From: a virus
DNA: 64,000 nt
UHGV virus genome: UHGV-0218015
Direction: 5' to 3' (one strand)
Shown: positions 59,143 through 64,000 of the stretch, piece after piece
Numbering within the stretch: the first letter of the stretch is position 1
How the letters are laid out: each line of letters opens with the position of its first letter
Made by a program: the position numbers and the translations under genes
Notes under the pieces: generated by a model
The model's input: only the letters and a program-made list of their open reading frames with translations
The model's database searches: none
Told to the model about the DNA's origin: nothing

Positions 59143-60705
59143 TCAAAAGAGTTCGTCACCCATGCCGCCGGTAAATACGTTAATCGACGAGGCTGTTACA
59201 GTTTCTTCTTTATCACAATCCCATGGCAAAATGCCAACATCACGGAAAGGTATTACAGTATAATGATAAGCTTCTTTGGTATCAATAATGGTGCGGTGTT
59301 TACCGCGTTGTACTTCTAAATAGCTGTGACCGTTGACGACACGTTTGTTAAAATACATCTCACCGTCAGCTTCGTTGTCTAAGCTAGAGCAGTTGTCGTA
59401 AAGACCACGACCAGGTAAGTTCTTACAGAAACTCGCTGGGTCGAGTGCTTTTAATTTTTTGCCTTCTGGTGAGATTTGGTGTGGTGCTAACAGGAAACCA
59501 CGATTACGTACCACTTGGATGTTTCGTGCGATACGATAAATTTCTTTAATGTCGCTACCCGCAATGCCGTTACCGTGCCCTGCTTTGCTGATAGTACCGA
59601 AATAGTCTCCGCGTATTCCAGCTACATGATAACCTCGACGTTTTAAATCTAAAATCAAATCGTTCAAATAGTGAATTTTAAAATCGGAGTTTGTGTGTTT
59701 TTGGAAAATATACTCCCAACCGTTCGCCCGCATCTTACTACAGAGGTAGTCTGACATTTGTGCATTATGTGACGCTTTTTCTTCGTCAGTTGCGGTTTCT
59801 GGCGCAACCATCACCGGGGCTGTACCTTCAAAGTGTCCGTAAAGTGCCTGATACGCGTAAGCCAAGTTAACATCCAATTCGTTTTCTAAACTTAAATCTA
59901 GAATAACCGGTTGTAGATCACCTTTAACATTCGCCATCACTTTTTCTGGGGTGTTGAAAACAGGAATGCTAATAGAGAGCAATAAACTGAATAATGACTT
60001 ACAGTTAAAGGGGAGAGCAGGCATCAGCCAGAGTTCTTCGGTGATCCCTTTGTTACAACCGAGCATCTGGTTAATTGCTTTCCAGCCTGTACGCAACCCG
60101 TTCCCTGCCGCTTTCTTACTGATAGAGTCGAAAACGTGCACGAAAGGTGCTTTATTATCAGTAATCAATTCCCCTACCAGAGAAGGAATCTTATTATGAG
60201 AGCGTTCACTGAACGTGGATAAGGTATCCTTAAGGTCGTTGAGCGCCGTTTGTAAATCAACGCGCGTTTCGGTACCGTTCAGTGCGCCTAACGTACGACC
60301 CAATTTTTGTTTCAGTTGTACGCCTTGAATAGCTTGACGTAACTGAAAGTAGTATTGTGCTACTTGGCGATTAAGATGCTCGATGCGTGCTTCTGGTTCT
60401 TCTGGAATATCATCTTCCAGGAATTTGGTAATCGTATCGTATAGAGGACGTATTTGCGTAGTGGCCAGTTTCAAACGTTTCATGACGTTTGTGTGGTCGT
60501 AAGGCATACCGCCGTCTATGATGGATGTGATGATATCCTTGATTTCGACGAGGGCGGCACGTTCGTCACCTTCCTCTGCGTAATCAGGAAGCTTAGCCTC
60601 TAACAGCACTTTTCTTATGATGTCGTGGTCCTTTTCAGGATCGGTCAGAAGACTTTCAGCGTATAATGTGGCTAAGGCGGTTATCAACATCATTTTGTTA
60701 TTCAT
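59143..60705 (-). CDS. hypothetical protein (520 aa)
   Basis: isolated minus-strand ORF; Gly-rich segment GDYFGTISKAGHGNGIAG; no confident family. Confidence 0.5.
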   Translation of the reverse strand: MNNKMMLITALATLYAESLLTDPEKDHDIIRKVLLEAKLPDYAEEGDERAALVEIKDIITSIIDGGMPYDHTNVMKRLKLATTQIRPLYDTITKFLEDDIPEEPEARIEHLNRQVAQYYFQLRQAIQGVQLKQKLGRTLGALNGTETRVDLQTALNDLKDTLSTFSERSHNKIPSLVGELITDNKAPFVHVFDSISKKAAGNGLRTGWKAINQMLGCNKGITEELWLMPALPFNCKSLFSLLLSISIPVFNTPEKVMANVKGDLQPVILDLSLENELDVNLAYAYQALYGHFEGTAPVMVAPETATDEEKASHNAQMSDYLCSKMRANGWEYIFQKHTNSDFKIHYLNDLILDLKRRGYHVAGIRGDYFGTISKAGHGNGIAGSDIKEIYRIARNIQVVRNRGFLLAPHQISPEGKKLKALDPASFCKNLPGRGLYDNCSSLDNEADGEMYFNKRVVNGHSYLEVQRGKHRTIIDTKEAYHYTVIPFRDVGILPWDCDKEETVTASSINVFTGGMGDELF

Positions 60706-60718
60706 GGAGCATCCTTAA

Positions 60719-61243
60719 ATGCAAATTCGTTTTAGTCCACCGTGGGAAGTTCAACCTAACATAGATAAAGGCGCTGCCGTTAAAAGTATAGAATTGCTCC
60801 AGGCAGGGTTCTTTAACTGGTTATATGACTGTCCGAATGGTTTCAGTTCTATCATCTTACCTGAAGTAAGTCGTTCTGCTATTTATAAAGCACTGATGGC
60901 TCCGCCTGTGCTTCCAGGTAAATATTATGATCAGGTGTTACGTCTGGTCGAATCAGGCGAAAAGGTTTCCCTTGACGATTTATATGGGGAAACAATTCCT
61001 TGTCGCGTACGTTGGGTGTTTACTCAACGTGGTGATACGATTGTGGCGTCATTTGCAGAAGCAAAGTCCGGTTCGGGTTTTTCTTCGGGTGAAGACCACG
61101 CTGCGAAAAAGATGTTCTGCGCAGAACTTTTTAAATATATGCGTACCAAGACTCGCGTCGTGGATGACTGCTTCAGTACCTCAACGCAGTTTGCCGCTAA
61201 CGAAGTGCTGACGCAATTATACGCATGTCATTTATCTCATTAA
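60719..61243 (+). CDS. hypothetical protein (174 aa)
   Basis: ORF with GGAG RBS. Confidence 0.5.
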   Translation: MQIRFSPPWEVQPNIDKGAAVKSIELLQAGFFNWLYDCPNGFSSIILPEVSRSAIYKALMAPPVLPGKYYDQVLRLVESGEKVSLDDLYGETIPCRVRWVFTQRGDTIVASFAEAKSGSGFSSGEDHAAKKMFCAELFKYMRTKTRVVDDCFSTSTQFAANEVLTQLYACHLSH

Positions 61244-61255
61244 GGTATTAAACAA

Positions 61256-63550
61256 ATGAAAGATACCCGAATCTCTAATCTGGAGAAACTCGTACAAGCT
61301 GGTAACTCGCTGGTACAAAGCGTCATTAGTAACAACACTGCTGGCGAAATGTGGAACACCATCGTTGCTGGTGAATCTGTACGTAGCAACACTAAAGTTT
61401 TTGGTACCCTGCGTGACGACGCTGCACAGCACTACGCAAACGCGTTTGCTGGCGGTAAGAAAATGTCCCACGCTGCGGAAGTTGCTTCTGCAATGATTCT
61501 GGGTGCTGCTGGTCACGGTATGGACTTGCAAGAAAAAGTAGCTCAAGAATACGCTAAACCGGAATTCCATAGCCGTTTTAACCTGGACGTTGCGATTCCT
61601 GGCTCCCAAGCTGGTAACGGCGACTGGGGCAAAGAGCGTATGGTTGTCGCTCAGGAATACTACACCAACAAAGACTACGACAAAAACCTGGGTCTGACCT
61701 GGACGCTGAACGTACGTGCTCTGGAAACCCAGTCTCGTTTTGCTGAGACTCTGTTCCCGACCATCACTGTTGACACTAACGATGTTGGTATTACCGTACG
61801 TACCAAAGTGACCACCGTTTCTCGCGGTGTAATGAACGCACTGCTGAGCAAAGACGTTGTTGAAGATCATCGTCGTAACTTACATGAAGCGCTGACTGAC
61901 CACACTGTTCTCCAGGACGAAGCGATCAACATCGTTCCTTACGTAATGGAAACCGGTGAAAACGCTGAATACTTCGTAAGCGAAGATCTGGTACCGAACG
62001 AATCTGTTCGTCTGGGTCGTGTACCTCCGTACCCGACTAACTACCTGAGCTTTGCTAAAGACACTCTGAACCTGTTCCAGCTGTCCGCGCATCCGGGTAT
62101 CGTAATCGAAGGTTACGACGAAACTGATGAAATCGCGCCGGGCTGTGCTCTGGGCAGCCTGCTGATTTCCGTACGTAAAGCGGCTGAAGATGCAAAAGCA
62201 GGTAAATTCATTAAACTGCACGTTCGCGACATGCAGTTCGCAACCTTCCAGCGCCCTGCTGAAGGTGATGGCCGTGAGCTGGTACTGCAATTCCGTCGTA
62301 CTGCGTTCTCTCTGAACGCGAAAACTACCGACTGGAAAGGCGAAGCTATTCCGGCTCTGAAAACACTGGAACAGAACTCCTACACCCTGCGTTATGTGAT
62401 CACCATCAACATGTCTCTGTTCACTACCGGTCAGTTCGGTGGTAAAGTTGACATCGCTGGTCACAAACTGGAAATCGAAGGTCTGTACGACGCTACCGGT
62501 AACAAAGTTGATATTAAGACTGGTACCGGCAAAGCTGTCCTGGAAAATCTGAAACTTGAACTGATCGGCTGGCGTTTCGATGGTACTCGTACCAACGAAA
62601 ACCGTCGTACCCAGGGTCTGCTGCTCGACCCAATCTGGGAACAAGAAAACTACAAGCTGCAATACGGTTCTCCGATTCTGACCAAGTCTCCGGTTGGCGT
62701 TGAATACGACGATACCGAGCGTCTGGACGACCTGATTTCCGCAGTTAACATCCGTAACGAACAGTTGGCTATCACTCAGACACTGTCTTACACCGAAGCG
62801 GTACGTAACGCTGCTGCAAGCATGATCACTCCGTGGGACAAACCGGCCATTCGTGGTCTGGGCCGTCACTGGGTTGCTCCGTGGTTCAAAGAGTCTGACT
62901 ACAACGTTGATAAAGTTGTACAGTCCCTGGATACCAAAGAAGCACTGATCAACGCTCGTCAGGGTCTGGTACAGCGTATCGGTAATCAGGTAACTCAGGC
63001 TATCCAGGAATCTCGCTTCATTCCTGCGCTGCGTCTGTACACTGCTGATCCGGACATTCTGCCGAAGGTTGTTATTGCAACCGACGAACCGACTGCATCC
63101 ATGCTGCTGCTGGTACAGGGCGACCAACGTCTGCTGGGCGATCGCTACGAATACGAAGTGATCACCACCAACGATGACCGCTGGCGTATCTACAACGCAG
63201 CTGACGGTTCCTGGACTCGTCGTCTGCAATGGTTCCTGAAAGTTCCGACTGCGGACGATGGTTCCTACAACGTGCTGAACTGGGGTAACCACTTCTGGTC
63301 TCCGATCATGGTTACTAACATCAACATTCAGCGTAACGGCTCTACCTCTAAAGAGCTGGCCGTACAGCCGCGTAACGCGCACATCTGCCACTGCCCGATC
63401 ACTGGTCTGATCTGGGTTAAAGGCATCACCAAACTGGTTGAAGAAAAACTGGCTTACAATGTTTCTGTTGAACAGAACGGTCAGAAACAAACCGAAGGTG
63501 GTGTAGCAGGTAACGTTGCTGGCGAAGGCAAAGCTGCTGCCGGTAAGTAA
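61256..63550 (+). CDS. abundant 764-aa protein; putative major capsid protein
   Basis: extreme codon bias (536-codon antisense shadow), strong terminator; size fits phiKZ-type major capsid proteins; N-terminal AGE/GES motifs; assignment by size and expression only. Confidence 0.5.
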   Translation: MKDTRISNLEKLVQAGNSLVQSVISNNTAGEMWNTIVAGESVRSNTKVFGTLRDDAAQHYANAFAGGKKMSHAAEVASAMILGAAGHGMDLQEKVAQEYAKPEFHSRFNLDVAIPGSQAGNGDWGKERMVVAQEYYTNKDYDKNLGLTWTLNVRALETQSRFAETLFPTITVDTNDVGITVRTKVTTVSRGVMNALLSKDVVEDHRRNLHEALTDHTVLQDEAINIVPYVMETGENAEYFVSEDLVPNESVRLGRVPPYPTNYLSFAKDTLNLFQLSAHPGIVIEGYDETDEIAPGCALGSLLISVRKAAEDAKAGKFIKLHVRDMQFATFQRPAEGDGRELVLQFRRTAFSLNAKTTDWKGEAIPALKTLEQNSYTLRYVITINMSLFTTGQFGGKVDIAGHKLEIEGLYDATGNKVDIKTGTGKAVLENLKLELIGWRFDGTRTNENRRTQGLLLDPIWEQENYKLQYGSPILTKSPVGVEYDDTERLDDLISAVNIRNEQLAITQTLSYTEAVRNAAASMITPWDKPAIRGLGRHWVAPWFKESDYNVDKVVQSLDTKEALINARQGLVQRIGNQVTQAIQESRFIPALRLYTADPDILPKVVIATDEPTASMLLLVQGDQRLLGDRYEYEVITTNDDRWRIYNAADGSWTRRLQWFLKVPTADDGSYNVLNWGNHFWSPIMVTNINIQRNGSTSKELAVQPRNAHICHCPITGLIWVKGITKLVEEKLAYNVSVEQNGQKQTEGGVAGNVAGEGKAAAGK

Positions 63551-63565
63551 TCTTGCTTAAAAAGA

Positions 63566-63606
63566 GTCTAAGCCCTTCGGGGCTTAGACCTTTTATTTTT
63601 TTCTTT
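63566..63606 (+). terminator. intrinsic terminator
   Basis: gtctaagccc ttcg gggcttagac followed by T-run. Confidence 0.7.
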
Positions 63607-63614
63607 CTATTATT

Positions 63615-63640
63615 TTTTGGATAGATATTATTAAAGGGAG
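63615..63640 (+). promoter_or_regulatory. promoter-like motif (class 1 variant ATAGATATTATT)
   Basis: ggatagatattattaaagggag just after the terminator. Confidence 0.35.
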
Positions 63641-63731
63641 ACAGTCAGTTGGCTTTAAAGGAGTATGTATGGAAAAAATACAGTTTAAACTAAAGATATG
63701 TAACATCATTAAAATTTAGCTTGGGTCACCC

Positions 63732-64000
63732 ATGAAACGTCTTGATATCGATGTGGTGCCCAGTATCTCTGAACGCTCGTTGTATCAAACGTCTGGATTG
63801 AGGAAACTCGTTACGTTTGAAAATAACACTGGCGTACCTATTCACGTCACTGAAACCAGTGGCGGTAGCTTTATTTTAAATGCTTCGAAAAACCCCGCTG
63901 ATGAGCATGGGGTTATCGTTTACGTGACGTATCAATCGTACGGAAGATGTGCGAATCTCAATGGGTTTGCTGAACTGTTGCCGGGAAAACAATTTTCTCG
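63732..64000 (+). CDS. hypothetical protein, 5' partial in window (runs off the end)
   Basis: ATG 63732 opens a stop-free frame to the window edge (MKRLDIDVVPSISERSLYQTSGL...). Confidence 0.4.
   Translation, partial: MKRLDIDVVPSISERSLYQTSGLRKLVTFENNTGVPIHVTETSGGSFILNASKNPADEHGVIVYVTYQSYGRCANLNGFAELLPGKQFS

Noticed and set aside
61880-63490. 536-codon minus-strand ORF antisense to the 764-aa gene
   Set aside because: Same codon-bias shadow effect; the plus-strand gene has RBS, terminator and coherent sequence.
1-64000. Integrase, transposase or prophage boundary
   Set aside because: No recombinase motifs, att-like repeats or host genes recognised; the window looks like lytic jumbo-phage DNA throughout.

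Overview
This 64-kb window reads as a densely packed, mostly plus-strand bacteriophage genome segment: about 65 protein genes, short intergenic gaps, frequent start/stop overlaps, hairpin plus T-run terminators and enterobacterial-like composition (roughly 48% GC, my estimate by eye). Motif-level reading identifies a split multisubunit RNA polymerase (beta-prime N-terminal part, beta C-terminal part, beta-prime C-terminal part), an SF2 DExH helicase, a family-B-type 3'-5' exonuclease protein, a separate DTDS-containing polymerase-like protein, an SbcD/Mre11-like phosphoesterase, dihydrofolate reductase and a HExxH metallopeptidase-like protein. Several genes have extreme codon bias and look like major shell or virion proteins. 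Together with recurring AT-rich promoter-like motifs (one containing TATATTAC) this fits a phiKZ-like, possibly nucleus-forming, jumbo phage of an enterobacterial host; that assignment is inference, not a database match. The strongest finding is a 350-nt ORF-less group I intron (11311..11660) that interrupts the beta-prime gene exactly inside its NADFDGD catalytic motif. Other observations worth follow-up: FG-type motif-rich tails shared by three neighbouring proteins including the candidate shell protein; an SSB C-terminal-tail mimic; a tandem pair of highly expressed paralogs with repeated A-x-E-S motifs; a small lipoprotein gene behind a TATATTAC motif; a tandem array of small paralogous genes with a 37-nt palindromic element; and two near-identical hairpin terminators bracketing a 5.4-kb module. 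All E. coli motif comparisons are from memory; no searches were run. Most ORFs have no recognisable function and are listed as hypothetical.
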